Assembly: GCA_013265495.1 (NCBI GenBank) | Contig: MU059330.1 | Coordinates: forward strand, 13,711,980 to 13,775,979 | Source: Vicugna vicugna | Lineage: Eukaryota | Reading direction: 5' to 3' | Length of the DNA stretch: 64,000 nucleotides | Part shown: in pieces, positions 62,851 to 64,000 of the stretch | Layout: each line of letters starts with the position of its first letter | Position numbering within the stretch: the first letter of the stretch is position 1 | The notes under the pieces: model-generated | The model's database searches: none | The model's input: the letters and a program-made list of their open reading frames with translations, nothing else | Told to the model about the DNA's origin: nothing | Made by a program: the position numbers and the translations under genes

Positions 62851-64000
62851 AGATTTAGTTTCCTTTCGTTTCGGCAGCTGCATTTCAACCCAGCGGTTTG
62901 TCTTAGCAGCACTTTGGTTCCTTCTAGACCCCGACTGAGCTAATCTCTTTTTCAAAAGACAGGAGGCATCTGTTCATTGGCCGACAGACACATATCCCCG
63001 TTTCCTCTCCCTTGGGTCCCTGCAAGCGTTCCCATGGCCGCACGCTCCCGAAGCCCCCTGCTGTCAGAGCACCGGACCCTCAGACACGTGTGGCCAGAGC
63101 CCCGTCCGCCCGGAGTAAACGCCGGCCTTCAGGAGGTGAGCCGAGGTCCCAAACCCTAAAAAGGGAGGCCAGCCGGCAAGCACGCTGCTTCTGTGAAGAC
63201 TCTCCCTGCGGCCTTCGCCCCGCGTCCCAGTCGGCCTGCCCCGCGCGCCCCTCAGTCTCCGCCAGGGAGGGGCTTCAAGTCCCACGTTCCTCGCAGGCGC
63301 TCGGTGTGCACGAGGCAGGCTCGCCGCTCTGGCCGGCAGACGTACAGCCCCACAAAACATGACGTCCTCCCAAACCGCAAGGCAGCGCCGGCGGGGACGG
63401 GGCTCTGCTCCGCACGGACGCCAGGGCCCCAGCGCTTGTCCCTGGCTGCACACAACGTGTGGCCTCAAGTTCGCCCTGGGACAGAGGTGAAGGACGGTTC
63501 TCTGATGGGCAGAGACCAAACGTAGCAGCTGTCTCTCCACACACAACCCCGGGCTCCGCGAGCTGTGGCTCAGCCCTGAGCCCGGCAGACGGGCACTCGG
63601 GTGAGTGTCAGAGTCCCCTGTCATGATGTCCTGTTCTGGAACTCGAGGGGCAGGTGTCGGGGGTGCTTTGTGGTGACCCAGTGCAAAGCTGAGCTGGTCC
63701 CATTGCCAACACGCAGGGCAGGCCCTCGGGAGCCGCCCGCCCGGTCACGCAGCACCCTCGCTCCCTCTGAGGGGAGGCTGAGGGAGACACCGGCTCTGCA
63801 GGGGGACCCGCCCCAGAGTGCCTCCCCGCGGGGTCCTCTCCGGGGCTCTCCAGTCCAAGCTCACGGCGCCCCTCCTCTCCCGACTCCCCCAGCCTCGGCT
63901 GCACGCGCTACCATGCCTTCCCAGGAGACTCCGCAGCAATCAGGCCCACGAGGCAAATCGCCGAGGGCGGCTCCCATTGCACGGACCTGCCACTGTGGGG

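Noticed and set aside
1-64000. A novel prokaryotic-type system (defence, retron, operon)
   Set aside because: No gene-dense architecture or RBS-linked ORFs; the sequence is mammalian, repeat-rich and non-coding

Overview
This is mammalian genomic DNA, not microbial. It is most likely camelid, based on a vic-1-type tRNA SINE at ~35.8 kb and camelid-type L1 3' tails. The background is GC- and CpG-rich, typical of a subtelomeric high-GC isochore. I recognise no known protein-coding gene, rRNA, true tRNA or CRISPR array. The ORF-track entries look like chance frames in GC-rich DNA or decayed L1 ORF1/ORF2. The window is dominated by interspersed repeats: old L1 relics, younger L1 3' ends with TSDs (one with a twin-priming inversion), MaLR/ERVL LTRs, a solo ERV1 LTR with a perfect 4-bp TSD, MIRs and a SINE. 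It also holds two CpG islands (~16.3-16.9 kb with clustered CTCF-like motifs and an N gap; ~62.0-62.9 kb), two head-to-tail duplications (567-bp and ~3.76-kb units) and a 17-bp minisatellite. The most noteworthy signals are: (i) both duplication junctions carry one unexplained extra A; (ii) patchy AT-to-GC rewriting of L1 relics that suggests GC-biased gene conversion; (iii) a speculative minus-strand spliced 23-aa smORF beside the 16.5 kb island. I found no convincing new biological system. Repeat family names come from remembered consensus similarity, not from a RepeatMasker run, and repeat boundaries without TSDs are approximate.
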